Virus record (IMG/VR): IMGVR_UViG_3300021963_000040
Location: 32,001-96,000 of that record
Source: a virus
DNA: 64,000 nucleotides
Strand: one strand, 5' to 3'
The notes below the pieces were generated by a model. It was not told where the DNA came from, made no database searches, and was given only the letters and a program-made list of their open reading frames with translations. Position 1 is the first letter of the stretch, and every line of letters begins with the position of its first letter. The translations under genes were made by a program, and so were the position numbers. Positions 40,431 through 50,603 of the stretch are shown here, in pieces.

Positions 40431-41067
40431 CCAAAATGAAATCAACGCCATGAAAAAAGTCATGGCTGGTTTAGGTAAAGTAGAAGCTCAAAGTTTAGGA
40501 ACCTATGTTAAACAAGAACTAGGTCAAGTTGACGGCCAGCCAGTTACAGAAGGCCGTAAATTTACAGATCCTAATGTAGGAGCAATGCACGATATTTTAT
40601 CTAAGCTAAACAATGTAGCAACATCAACAAAAAGAACAATCACAGAGCAATCTAAATCTAATACTAGACTTCGTCAATTTACAGAAATGGAACAAGAGGG
40701 TACTAGTGTTAAGATTAACAAATATGAGATAACCATTAGAGAAGAACAATTTGGTGCTACAACTAAAAACGTATACGATCTTAAAAATACAGTAACAGGG
40801 CAAACACTTTACGAAGGACTTGCCCTGTTTGAATCTGTAATGACCATAACAAAACATTTATTAAAAAACGAAACTACTAGTTTCTTAGCCTGCGATCGTA
40901 TAGCGGGGTTGGACGGCGATTATGCAAGATACTTAAATGAAGCTAGCATATACAAATCTAAAATAAAAAAGGGCGGTTCAGCAGAGTTGCTCGACATATA
41001 CGAGAGTAAGTATTCACGTGCTATAGCAGAAGCTAAGAGCACTAAAACTCATATATTAAAAGGCTAA
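40423..41067 (+). CDS. Hypothetical protein
   Basis: GTG start with GGAG SD. Confidence 0.65.
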   Translation: MIDQNEINAMKKVMAGLGKVEAQSLGTYVKQELGQVDGQPVTEGRKFTDPNVGAMHDILSKLNNVATSTKRTITEQSKSNTRLRQFTEMEQEGTSVKINKYEITIREEQFGATTKNVYDLKNTVTGQTLYEGLALFESVMTITKHLLKNETTSFLACDRIAGLDGDYARYLNEASIYKSKIKKGGSAELLDIYESKYSRAIAEAKSTKTHILKG

Positions 41068-41101
41068 CTTAGCTAAATAATACTATAATTGGAAGATTAC
41101 T

Positions 41102-41830
41102 ATGAAAATTACAGATTTTTCCGTAAGACCGCAACAAAAACTAAGCGAGATTAACGGCTATCTCAAAGAAAACTTTGGCTATACGCTAAAGAGCGATAAC
41201 GTTAATGCACAGAAGTTGCATTCTATCTTAGAACAGATCAAGAAGAAACAATGGAACCTTAGCTGTGAAGTTAAGAACTATCAAAATGATCCTCGCTATG
41301 TAAAGAGTGTACTAATTGCAGAAAGCATTAAGATTATGCTAGCTGAAATTGGTCCTGTTCGTAGCAACCCTAAGGCTAGAGTTAACAAAGCTTCAGTTAA
41401 TGAAAGCGTTCAACAACTACGTGTTCTATTAGAACAAGACTTAGATCAAGCAGAAACACAACTTGCGGCCAAGAGCATGGTCAGCGATCTTCAAGATATG
41501 ACCGAAGATATTGCTAAGATGCAAGTTGAAACTTTAATGAGCTTAGTTGAGCGCATGAAGGAAGTTTTTGGACTTGAGCAGGCAACACAATTCAATACTA
41601 CAGTTGAAGGTGTACTACAGGGCGTATTAGACAACCTTAAAGATGCACATACTCAAGTATCAAATGCTATTCTAACACTAACAGGCGAAGCACCTGCAGA
41701 AGCACCAATGGGTGGCGAAGCACCTGCAGAAGCACCAATGGGTGGCGAAGTTCCTCCTGAAGAAGGTATGGGCGGAGCAGAAGCCGCAAGCGGTCCTGCT
41801 GGCGAGCCAGTTGGCCGAGAGATCAAATGA
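41102..41830 (+). CDS. Probable prohead core/scaffold-like protein
   Basis: Helical; LAAKSMVSDLQDM; Pro/Gly/Glu-rich tail. Confidence 0.55.
   Translation: MKITDFSVRPQQKLSEINGYLKENFGYTLKSDNVNAQKLHSILEQIKKKQWNLSCEVKNYQNDPRYVKSVLIAESIKIMLAEIGPVRSNPKARVNKASVNESVQQLRVLLEQDLDQAETQLAAKSMVSDLQDMTEDIAKMQVETLMSLVERMKEVFGLEQATQFNTTVEGVLQGVLDNLKDAHTQVSNAILTLTGEAPAEAPMGGEAPAEAPMGGEVPPEEGMGGAEAASGPAGEPVGREIK
41684..41750 (+). repeat. 30-nt tandem duplication (GEAPAEAPMG twice)
   Basis: ggcgaagcacctgcagaagcaccaatgggt repeated exactly. Confidence 0.9.
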
Positions 41831-42174
41831 AGTTATTTGAGCTAAAAAGTAACTACGTTGACGAACTTAAATCCACAGCACTAAACATAGTATATACTGC
41901 TAGTGCTAGTGGTGCTACTAAAATGTCAATGCACGATATGATAGCCGACCTGAGTAAGGAAGGCTATTATGTCACTGCTAAAGATTTAATTGATGTTTTA
42001 GGCGGCACACCTAGTATCAAAAATATTAGCGCAAAAGAATTAGAATTAGATACTGGCATTAATCCTAATGCAGAAGAAGAATTAGGAATGCCAAATACTG
42101 ACAAAGCAGAAGCAGATGCACAAAAAGTATCTAATATGGCTTCTGATCAAGCACTAAAAAATATCACCAAATAA
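41827..42174 (+). CDS. Hypothetical protein
   Basis: MKLFEL start; ATGA overlap. Confidence 0.65.
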   Translation: MKLFELKSNYVDELKSTALNIVYTASASGATKMSMHDMIADLSKEGYYVTAKDLIDVLGGTPSIKNISAKELELDTGINPNAEEELGMPNTDKAEADAQKVSNMASDQALKNITK

Positions 42175-42210
42175 CTTGACAGCCTATATAACATTCTGTT
42201 ACTATAGTGT

Positions 42211-42888
42211 ATGTCTATTCTTATTACCAATCCATTTAACTATCAACCTTTAAACCGTGTATCTGAAAATGGTACGCGGTTTTATGTTGATCCAAATAAT
42301 AAAAAGCTACCTAGTGTAACTACCATTCTAGATAAAACCAAGGATAAAACGTTCCTTAACGAATGGAAAAAACGTGTAGGAGAATCCGAAGCAAAACGTA
42401 TTAGTACGGAAGCCGCAGGACTTGGTACTCTAGTACACACACATTTAGAAAAATATGTACTTGGAGAATCTCGTCCTAGCGGAAATAACGTAGTTCATCA
42501 AATGGCTAAGTCAATGAGTGATGTGGTAATTAATCAAGGACTTAGTAAAGTATCAGAAGTATGGGGCTCTGAAGTGGCATTATACTATCCTGACCTTTAT
42601 GCTGGCACTAGTGACTTGGTAGGCATTTACCAAGGAGAACCGGCAATTATTGACTTCAAAAACACCTCAAAACCTAAGAAAGAGGAGTGGATCGAAGACT
42701 ATTTCCTCCAGTGTTGTGCGTATGCACTCGCACACAATACAGTTTATAATACAGACATTAAAAGAGCCGTTATTTTTATGGTGGCTCGAGATAACACTTA
42801 TCAGGAGTTTGATCTACAGGGTGCTAAGTTTGATATGATGTGTGAAAAATGGGGTGATCGAGTAGCACAGTACTACAAACTAAACTAA
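42211..42888 (+). CDS. PD-(D/E)XK exonuclease
   Basis: LPSVTTIL, GTLVH, AGTSDL, IIDFK, YFLQCCAYALA. Confidence 0.88.
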   Translation: MSILITNPFNYQPLNRVSENGTRFYVDPNNKKLPSVTTILDKTKDKTFLNEWKKRVGESEAKRISTEAAGLGTLVHTHLEKYVLGESRPSGNNVVHQMAKSMSDVVINQGLSKVSEVWGSEVALYYPDLYAGTSDLVGIYQGEPAIIDFKNTSKPKKEEWIEDYFLQCCAYALAHNTVYNTDIKRAVIFMVARDNTYQEFDLQGAKFDMMCEKWGDRVAQYYKLN

Positions 42889-42912
42889 ATATAGCATTAG
42901 GAGTTAGATTAC

Positions 42913-43587
42913 ATGACAACAGAATCGTTTATTTCGCGAATTCAGGTACGTCGTGGTTTGCTAGAGGATTTACCTTTATTAGAACCCGGCGAACTTGCAT
43001 ACGCAGTTGACCAAAGACGCTTGTTTATTGGTAACCCACAGCAGACATTTACAGGTAACGGTGAAACAGCAAACTTCACTATCAATCAGAGTCTAGTACG
43101 TACAAGTACAGTCTTTTTCTCGTTAATAGATGGTGTATTGCAAATTCCGCAATACTCATATCTACCTGACAGAACTGTTATTAGTTTTACTAACCCACCA
43201 CCAGATGGTTCTGTTGTAACTATTGGATACAATAGTGAAATTCGTTTGTACGACGGATTCCAAGGCACAGACCTCATTTACTTAGAAGCTAACAAAACTA
43301 ATTGGACCTCTACTGTAGTTGCATTAGAAGTAGACTATGCAAACACAGGGGTATTTGAATATAGTATTAAATCTAGCCAAGGCATGGTTGTTGGTGATTT
43401 GAAATTTATCACTGACGGTGTTATACTAGACTATAATGACACGACACAAAACACTAGTTCTATAGAACCTGTTAAGTTAAGATTACAATTAATTAACAAC
43501 GGTCAGTTTGTAGAATTGCAATACATCAATGCCAGTGCAGAAAACGCAAGACTATATTATAGTACAAGAGTGTGGAAAACAGTATAA
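42913..43587 (+). CDS. Virion structural protein
   Basis: ISRIQVRRG...LEPGELAYAVDQRRLFIGN N-terminal module. Confidence 0.7.
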   Translation: MTTESFISRIQVRRGLLEDLPLLEPGELAYAVDQRRLFIGNPQQTFTGNGETANFTINQSLVRTSTVFFSLIDGVLQIPQYSYLPDRTVISFTNPPPDGSVVTIGYNSEIRLYDGFQGTDLIYLEANKTNWTSTVVALEVDYANTGVFEYSIKSSQGMVVGDLKFITDGVILDYNDTTQNTSSIEPVKLRLQLINNGQFVELQYINASAENARLYYSTRVWKTV

Positions 43588-44021
43588 CCAACGTATGGGC
43601 GTCCGGCCCAATTACCAGATTTCGAGTTTGGAAAAATTTAAGGTCTGGTTTAGAGAACTCGTCTTTCGATAAGGCATTTAATGATGCCTACAAATGGTGG
43701 ACTTCTGCTCCGACTATTAGACGTACATTTGATCCTTGGAAACCAGATCAATGGCCAAACCCCTGGGAACTATTATATAAGGACGACTTTTGTCCTAATT
43801 CAGTATCTTTGGGCATTTGGTATGTACTCAAATTAACCAACCAAGATCTATCTAGACTTAAACTATGCGTAGTAAGCGATAGAGAACAAAAACATAATTG
43901 TTTGGGTTTGGTACTAGACAACAAGGAAGTTTACCTGTATAATAAAAAACTGAGTATTAAATCTCCTATGGTGGAGATATTAAATACGTTCTCTATAGAA
44001 GAAATAGAAGCTAACATATAA
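43572..44021 (+). CDS. Hypothetical protein
   Basis: WPNPWELL motif; GTG start overlapping the upstream gene. Confidence 0.6.
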   Translation: MENSITNVWASGPITRFRVWKNLRSGLENSSFDKAFNDAYKWWTSAPTIRRTFDPWKPDQWPNPWELLYKDDFCPNSVSLGIWYVLKLTNQDLSRLKLCVVSDREQKHNCLGLVLDNKEVYLYNKKLSIKSPMVEILNTFSIEEIEANI

Positions 44022-44096
44022 AATAGTTTTTATTCAGATAGAGAGCGAGAGTAAATAGAACACTTAAGAGAGTTGTGGTTCGAGAAAGATAATAAA

Positions 44097-46388
44097 ATGA
44101 GCAGAAATATCCAAGTACAAAAACGAGACGGGCGCAAAGAAGAATTAAACATTAATAAAATTCATAAAATGGTAGAAGAAGCTTGCCTAGGACTAGCAGG
44201 CGTTAACGTAAGTCAAATTGAAATGAATGCAGACTTACAATTCATAGATGGCATTTCAACATCAGACATCCAAGAAATCTTAATTCGTTCAGCTAATGAT
44301 CTAATTAGCTTAGAACACCCAAACTATCAATACGTTGCGGCACGTCTATTGTTATTTGGATTACGTAAAGAAGTATTTGGACAATTCCAACCACTACACA
44401 TCTTAGACTTAGTAAAGCGTAACATTGATAAAGGTATCTATGATCCCGAGCTAGTTACTTACTATTCTGATGACGAGTGGAATCAGATTAACGATATTGT
44501 CAATCACGATCGTGACTTTAACTTTACCTATGCTGGCATTCGCCAAGTTGTAGACAAGTACCTGGTGCAAGATCGTTCAACCGGTAAGGTATTCGAAACA
44601 CCACAATACATGTACATGCTAATTTCCGCAGTACTATTTTCTCGTTATCCTAAGGAGACGAGAATGTCTTATGTTAAGAGGTACTATGATGCAGTCAGCC
44701 AATATAAGATTAATATTCCTACTCCTGTCATGGCTGGTGTACGTACTCCTATGCGGCAGTTTGCTAGTTGTGTTTTGGTTGATGTGGATGATACCCTTGA
44801 TAGTATTTTCACTAGCGATATGGCCATTGGTAAGTATGTGGCCCAACGAGCAGGCATCGGCATTAATGCAGGGCGCATCAGAGGAATCAATTCAAAGATC
44901 AGAGGAGGCGAAGTAGCACACACTGGTGTAGTACCATTCCTTAAGAAGTTTGAATCCACTGTTCGTTGCTGTACACAAAATGGAGTCCGCGGCGGCTCGG
45001 CAACAGTTCACTTCCCAGTGTGGCACAAAGAGATCGAAGACATCCTAGTTCTTAAAAATAACAAAGGCACAGAAGACAACCGTGTACGCAAATTAGATTA
45101 CAGCATCCAACTAAGCAAATTATTTTATGAACGTGCGTTAAGTGGTGGCAATATTACATTATTCAGTCCACACGATGTTCCTGGATTATATGAAGCATTT
45201 GGCGATAACGAATCATTTGACGCATTATATGTCAAATATGAAAATGATAATAAGATTCCTAAGAAGTCTATTTCAGCAATGGGGTTGATTCAAGACTTAC
45301 TAAAGGAACGTGCAGAAACAGGTCGTGTTTACATCATGAACATTGATCATGCCAACAGTCATAGTAGTTTCTTAGATGCAGTTAAAATGAGTAACCTCTG
45401 CCAAGAGATTACACTACCAACAGATCCTTTACAACACATCGACGGCAAAGGCGAAATTGCACTATGTATTCTAAGTGCTATCAACGTAGGTACACTACGT
45501 AACCTAGATGAACTAACAAACTTATGTGATCTAGCTGTACGTGGTCTAGAAGAAATCATTGACTATCAGCGTTACCCAGTTATAGCCGCTGAGATTAGTA
45601 CTAAAGCTCGTCGTAGCTTAGGTATTGGCTACATTGGCCTAGCACACTATCTAGCACGTAACAAAGTATTCTATGATGATGTAGAAGCCGCACGTTTAGT
45701 AAACCGTCTAACAGAAGCTTTCCAATATAACTTATTAAAAGCAAGTAACCAGTTAGCCAAGGAAAGAGGCGCATGTGAGTATTTCGATCGTACCAAATAT
45801 TCACAAGGAATTCTGCCCATTGACACTTACAAGCGTGATATCGATGAATTCTTAGGTACAGAGTTGCAGTATGACTGGGAAAGTCTACGTGCTGAAATTA
45901 AAGAGCACGGCCTACGTCATAGCACACTATCTGCACAGATGCCTAGCGAATCTAGCTCTGTTGCCAGCAACGAAACTAATGGTATCGAACCTCCACGTGA
46001 CTTGTTATCAGTTAAGAAGTCAAAGAAAGGTACATTAAAACAAATCGTCCCGTCATATCAAAGTCTAAAAAACTACTATACTTTACTTTGGGATATGAAG
46101 GGCAACGAAGGATATGTTCGTATTGTAGCGGCCATGCAAAAATACTTTGATCAAGCCATTAGCGGAAATTGGAGTTATAATCCCTTACAGTTTGCCAATA
46201 ACGAAGTACCTCTAAGCGTAATGTTAAAAGATCTACTGACTACATACAAGTACGGATGGAAGACCAGTTATTATCAAAATACCTACGACATGAAGAGTGA
46301 CGACGAAAGTCCACTACCCATATTAACAGAACAACCAGTAAAACAAGAAGAACAAGGCGAAGAAGTTTGCGACGCTTGCACCATTTAA
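44097..46388 (+). CDS. nrdA: Ribonucleotide reductase class Ia alpha subunit
   Basis: ATP cone (VQKRDG), PTPVMAG, FASCVL, SNLCQEI, C-terminal CDAC; no intron or intein seen. Confidence 0.97.
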   Translation: MSRNIQVQKRDGRKEELNINKIHKMVEEACLGLAGVNVSQIEMNADLQFIDGISTSDIQEILIRSANDLISLEHPNYQYVAARLLLFGLRKEVFGQFQPLHILDLVKRNIDKGIYDPELVTYYSDDEWNQINDIVNHDRDFNFTYAGIRQVVDKYLVQDRSTGKVFETPQYMYMLISAVLFSRYPKETRMSYVKRYYDAVSQYKINIPTPVMAGVRTPMRQFASCVLVDVDDTLDSIFTSDMAIGKYVAQRAGIGINAGRIRGINSKIRGGEVAHTGVVPFLKKFESTVRCCTQNGVRGGSATVHFPVWHKEIEDILVLKNNKGTEDNRVRKLDYSIQLSKLFYERALSGGNITLFSPHDVPGLYEAFGDNESFDALYVKYENDNKIPKKSISAMGLIQDLLKERAETGRVYIMNIDHANSHSSFLDAVKMSNLCQEITLPTDPLQHIDGKGEIALCILSAINVGTLRNLDELTNLCDLAVRGLEEIIDYQRYPVIAAEISTKARRSLGIGYIGLAHYLARNKVFYDDVEAARLVNRLTEAFQYNLLKASNQLAKERGACEYFDRTKYSQGILPIDTYKRDIDEFLGTELQYDWESLRAEIKEHGLRHSTLSAQMPSESSSVASNETNGIEPPRDLLSVKKSKKGTLKQIVPSYQSLKNYYTLLWDMKGNEGYVRIVAAMQKYFDQAISGNWSYNPLQFANNEVPLSVMLKDLLTTYKYGWKTSYYQNTYDMKSDDESPLPILTEQPVKQEEQGEEVCDACTI

Positions 46389-46397
46389 GGAACATAT

Positions 46398-47489
46398 ATG
46401 ACCGTTTTTAATAGAGACAAAGTTGACTTTACAAAAGAGCCTATGTTCTTTGGTGCTCAACAAAATACACAACGTTTTGATGTGTTTAAGTATCCTGTGT
46501 TTGATAAACTTACACAAGCACAATTAGGTTACTTTTGGCGACCAGAAGAAGTTAGCCTTCAAAAGGATCGCGCAGACTATCAACAATTCCGCCCAGAGCA
46601 AAAATTCATCTTTACTAGTAACCTAAAGTATCAAACTCTATTAGACTCGGTACAAGGCCGCGGAGTACTTGCGGCCTTTGGCCCTTATTGTAGTTTACCT
46701 GAATTAGAAAGTTGCATGAACGCATGGCAGTTCTTTGAAAATATTCATAGTCGTTCATATACACACATCATTAAGAATGTTTATAGTAATCCGACAGAAG
46801 TATTTGATACTATTCTTGATGATGAACAAATTATTGCTCGTGCAAAGAGCGTAACAGTAGCATACGATGATTTTATTGATTATGCTAATCGTTATACAGT
46901 CACCGGCGAAGGAGACACGCGAACTCTAAAAAAGAAGTTATACATGGCCATGATTAGCGTGAACGCCCTTGAAGGGATTCGTTTCTTCGTTAGTTTCGCC
47001 TGTTCCTTCGCATTCGGTGAACTAAAGCTAATGGAAGGTTCTGCAAAGATCATTAGTTTAATTGCACGTGACGAAAGTCAACACCTTGCTATCAGTCAGC
47101 ATATTATCAAGAACTGGCAGAAAGGTGACGATCCTGAAATGAGTAGTATCATTGAGGAATGCAAGGATGATGTTATCGAAGTTTACAAAAAAGTAGTCCA
47201 GGAAGAAAAAGAATGGGCCAACTATTTGTTTAAGGATGGTAGTATCATAGGTTTAAATGAACGTCTACTACATGAGTACGTAGAATACATTGCTAACAAA
47301 AGAGTACGAGCCATTGGCTTAGATAACTTGTTTACACGCCATGCAGAAAATCCACTGCCATGGACACAGCATTGGTTATCAAGCAAAGGCCTACAAGTAG
47401 CACCACAAGAGACAGAAGTAGAGAGTTACGTAGTGGGTGGTATTAAACAAGACGTTAACTTAAATGACTTCTCAGGATTTAAACTATAA
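46398..47489 (+). CDS. nrdB: Ribonucleotide reductase beta subunit
   Basis: FWRPEEV, DSVQGR, ENIHSRSY, EGIRF, RDESQH, APQETEVESY. Confidence 0.97.
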   Translation: MTVFNRDKVDFTKEPMFFGAQQNTQRFDVFKYPVFDKLTQAQLGYFWRPEEVSLQKDRADYQQFRPEQKFIFTSNLKYQTLLDSVQGRGVLAAFGPYCSLPELESCMNAWQFFENIHSRSYTHIIKNVYSNPTEVFDTILDDEQIIARAKSVTVAYDDFIDYANRYTVTGEGDTRTLKKKLYMAMISVNALEGIRFFVSFACSFAFGELKLMEGSAKIISLIARDESQHLAISQHIIKNWQKGDDPEMSSIIEECKDDVIEVYKKVVQEEKEWANYLFKDGSIIGLNERLLHEYVEYIANKRVRAIGLDNLFTRHAENPLPWTQHWLSSKGLQVAPQETEVESYVVGGIKQDVNLNDFSGFKL

Positions 47490-47498
47490 GAGGGTATC

Positions 47499-47747
47499 AT
47501 GGTTATAGTTGACAAAGTAGAAATTTATACAAAGGCCGGTTGCCAATATTGCGAGACAGCTAAGAAAGTTGTTAATCGAAGAGAATGGCCTTTAGAAGTT
47601 AAATCGATTGACGAAGAAACTTATATGACAGAAATTACAGATCGTTTAGGCCATACACCTCGTTCTGTACCACAGATCTTTATTAACGGCGAACACATTG
47701 GCGGTTACCAAAAGATGGTAGAGTGGATTGGCAAGAACATAGACTAA
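47499..47747 (+). CDS. Glutaredoxin
   Basis: CQYC, SVPQIFINGEHIGGY. Confidence 0.92.
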   Translation: MVIVDKVEIYTKAGCQYCETAKKVVNRREWPLEVKSIDEETYMTEITDRLGHTPRSVPQIFINGEHIGGYQKMVEWIGKNID

Positions 47748-47768
47748 ACAACAAAACGGAGACACACA

Positions 47769-48083
47769 ATGTTATTAAAAGTACCTTACCGACCAGGTGA
47801 TGTAGTTACTATTAAGTTATCTACAGGCGAAGAAGTTATCGGTAAATACGATGCAGATGAAAATGATGGTATTAGTATTTCTAAGCCGTTAGTACTAACA
47901 GCAGGCCCGCAAGGCGGCATAGCACTAACTCCTTATATGTTTACTGCTGACAGTTCTGCGGTTATCTTTAAAAACCATCATGTAATTTGTGTAGCGGCTT
48001 CATTAAAGCAAGCAAGCGATCAATACTTCCAGGCAACAACAGGAATCCAAACTGTTGCGGCAGGAGCGATTCAAGGGGTATAA
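47769..48083 (+). CDS. Conserved phage protein (Sm-like fold suspected)
   Basis: IKLSTGEEVIG motif; GGAG SD. Confidence 0.65.
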   Translation: MLLKVPYRPGDVVTIKLSTGEEVIGKYDADENDGISISKPLVLTAGPQGGIALTPYMFTADSSAVIFKNHHVICVAASLKQASDQYFQATTGIQTVAAGAIQGV

Positions 48084-48905
48084 ATGCCATACGTAACAGG
48101 CACAGGTGGAATTGACGATGTTTACCATAGTGGTAATGTTTACGTTAACAACGTATTAGTTGCTACATGGCAACCACCTGGCCAAAGTGCTAGCTTCGCA
48201 GGATCAACACCTGATGGTCCGGTTACTATTGATGCCGCCACAGCTTCTGCTAATCAAGCAAAGTACGATTCTTATGCACAGAATCCTAACGCATCAAAAA
48301 ACCCTGCCGCGGCCTCCAACGGTGTAAAAGAAAACTATCCCGGTACTCCTGAATCAGAGGAGACTGGCGGTAGTATTCCTCCTAACACTAACGCTAGCGC
48401 CAGCGATGTTAAGTCTTTCTTAGACAAGATATATGAAGAAGCTAAACGAGGCATGTGGCGAGAGTCTGGACAGAATGGCAAACCAAGTAATCCTAATATT
48501 GTAGGTATTTGGCGAGACCTGGGATATCCTACCACTGCATACTGGTCAACAGACCAAACACCTTGGTGTATGGGATTTGTTAACTTTGCACTAAAGCGTA
48601 GCGGATATCGTTATGTACAAGAAGCAAGCTCATGGGCTATTAGAAATAAACCATCTAGATGGAATGCAACACCTGTAGCAGTTAACCAAGCACAACCAGG
48701 TGATATTGTTCTTTGGGATTTTGGACACGTAAACTTTGTTTATCAAGCTAACAATGGCAAGTTAAGTTTTATAGGCGGCAACCAAACGCCTACAGCAGGC
48801 AAAAACAATAATCCAAACGACGGTGATGTTTCGATCAGTTGGCCAAGTGGTTGGACTTCCAATCGTGGCGGCGTTTCTGGCATCTGGCGGCCGTCCAAAA
48901 CTTAA
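48084..48905 (+). CDS. CHAP/NlpC-P60-like (TIGR02594-type) peptidoglycan hydrolase with N-terminal spike-like segment
   Basis: TPWCMGFVN, PGDIV, GHVNFV, IGGNQ. Confidence 0.75.
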   Translation: MPYVTGTGGIDDVYHSGNVYVNNVLVATWQPPGQSASFAGSTPDGPVTIDAATASANQAKYDSYAQNPNASKNPAAASNGVKENYPGTPESEETGGSIPPNTNASASDVKSFLDKIYEEAKRGMWRESGQNGKPSNPNIVGIWRDLGYPTTAYWSTDQTPWCMGFVNFALKRSGYRYVQEASSWAIRNKPSRWNATPVAVNQAQPGDIVLWDFGHVNFVYQANNGKLSFIGGNQTPTAGKNNNPNDGDVSISWPSGWTSNRGGVSGIWRPSKT

Positions 48906-48913
48906 AATAACTA

Positions 48914-48957
48914 TTGACAAATTTGATCTCCTATGCTAAAATACTAGTATAGGAGAT
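48914..48957 (+). promoter_or_regulatory. Sigma70 promoter with an SD-sequestering hairpin
   Basis: TTGACA-17-TAAAAT; arms 48926-48938 and 48945-48957 include the AGGAG SD. Confidence 0.7.
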
Positions 48958-48964
48958 TTTCTTT

Positions 48965-49429
48965 ATGTTCCTCAAATTTCTAGATAAGGTAGGTCGCAAA
49001 CGTGTTATCCTTGATAGAGAATCAAATGAACCATATCTTGAACGATACTATTTGTTCCTTAAAGACAGAAAGCTATTTCCCTTTAATATCTTTTTACACA
49101 AGTTTCTTAAGTCAGATCCCGATGACGTGCATGATCATCCATGGCCTTATGCTACTTTGATTCTCAAAGGTGGCTACTATGAATGGGTTCCAGAATTTAA
49201 CAGCCTCGGTGAAAAGATTGGCGAGATCCGTTATTGGCGTAGACCCGGTCACTTTCGTACTTGTAGTGCTAACAGCTATCATCGTATTGAGCTTGACCCT
49301 AATATAACAGCATGGACATTGTTTATGCCCGGGCCACAAAAACGAGAATGGGGATTTTTAGTTAATAATAAATGGATTCATAACGACAAATATATAGAAA
49401 TGCGTAAACAACATAAAGGAGCAACTTGA
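48965..49429 (+). CDS. Cupin-fold protein
   Basis: HDHPW...ILKGGYYE...HRIEL...WTLF. Confidence 0.8.
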   Translation: MFLKFLDKVGRKRVILDRESNEPYLERYYLFLKDRKLFPFNIFLHKFLKSDPDDVHDHPWPYATLILKGGYYEWVPEFNSLGEKIGEIRYWRRPGHFRTCSANSYHRIELDPNITAWTLFMPGPQKREWGFLVNNKWIHNDKYIEMRKQHKGAT

Positions 49430-50262
49430 TGCGTAATCACTACTGGACTTGTTCTAAATTTGCAGACTGGCTTCGTGGTACTGCAAAATTACAAGCAGGT
49501 ACATCCGAAGAATGGGATGAATGGACTAATACTGCAAAAATGAAACACAACTTCCGCTATTGGTTAGCAGAAGACGGCCTAGACTACCTTCAACGAATAG
49601 TCTATTACATCCCTGACAAACTAAATGATATCCGTTATTATATTAACAATCGCTGGGTTAGTCGCTCTCATAGTCTTACCGCTCATCCCCGGGATATTAA
49701 GCCTGGCCAGTGGCAAGACGTGGGGAACCGCTTTCTGCCTTGCTTATTCAATGAGCTGGTTGATTTTGTTGAAATAGAACAAGCCTGGCATCACTGTCTA
49801 TGGAGTGATGAAATGAAAACCAAATACAATGTACCTTGGTACCGTAGTGGTTGGCTACGCTGGCGTACTTGGCGTTGTCCAGAAGCTGGACTTGAATATC
49901 TGCGTTGGGCAATGACTTTGACTAACGAAGAATTTCTTGACGAAGATAAGAAGCATCTAGCCGAACCAACTTATCAAGCTAAAGCCGCTAAAGAAATTGT
50001 TGAGCTTTACACTTGGTGGACCGAGACATATCGTAATCGTCCAGACCCATACGAAGCCAGCGGTTGGTCAGCCTACTGCGAAGCTAGCCGTATTGCCAAT
50101 GGCGGCCGCCTAGGCTGGAGTAGTAGTAAAGATACTCCCGAACTTAAAAAGATGTGCAATACTGCACATAAGCTTCTACAAAAGATTGAAAAAGAGTATG
50201 CTAAAGAAGATGAAGCCATGATGATTCGTCTTATTAAAATTCGTGAAAGTCTTTGGACATGA
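49426..50262 (+). CDS. Conserved Trp-rich hypothetical protein
   Basis: LFNELVDFVEIE, ELYTWW, RLIKIRESLWT. Confidence 0.75.
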   Translation: MMRNHYWTCSKFADWLRGTAKLQAGTSEEWDEWTNTAKMKHNFRYWLAEDGLDYLQRIVYYIPDKLNDIRYYINNRWVSRSHSLTAHPRDIKPGQWQDVGNRFLPCLFNELVDFVEIEQAWHHCLWSDEMKTKYNVPWYRSGWLRWRTWRCPEAGLEYLRWAMTLTNEEFLDEDKKHLAEPTYQAKAAKEIVELYTWWTETYRNRPDPYEASGWSAYCEASRIANGGRLGWSSSKDTPELKKMCNTAHKLLQKIEKEYAKEDEAMMIRLIKIRESLWT

Positions 50263-50603
50263 CCACCAGTAGATATCATACCAATGATCGTCGTGAGGAA
50301 TATTGCTTAAGAGTATTACAACAATTTTTAGAAAGATGCCGCGGACATATTACTGATATTTCTAAAAAAGAAATGTACAAGTCTAACCCTTACCAACTTC
50401 ATCCTCTAAACGATACATACTCTGCTTATATAGAATCTCAACGCATACCGTGGGTAAAAATGGAATGCGATTTTATAGAAATAGGAAGAGAACTAGCTCA
50501 TTACTATGAATTTCTTGATATAATGCGTGATCATGAAACACGTCATTTAATTGACCAAGCTAGATTTATTAATAGACTTAAAGGAAAAACAAATGAATTC
50601 TAA
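50259..50603 (+). CDS. Hypothetical protein
   Basis: ATGA overlap with the upstream gene. Confidence 0.55.
   Translation: MTTSRYHTNDRREEYCLRVLQQFLERCRGHITDISKKEMYKSNPYQLHPLNDTYSAYIESQRIPWVKMECDFIEIGRELAHYYEFLDIMRDHETRHLIDQARFINRLKGKTNEF

Noticed and set aside
42211-42888. Cas4-like nuclease suggesting CRISPR-Cas
   Set aside because: No Fe-S Cys cluster, no other cas genes and no repeat-spacer array seen; ordinary phage exonuclease
44097-47489. Introns or inteins in nrdA/nrdB (also checked terL and the helicase)
   Set aside because: ORFs are continuous and of normal length with no splicing motifs
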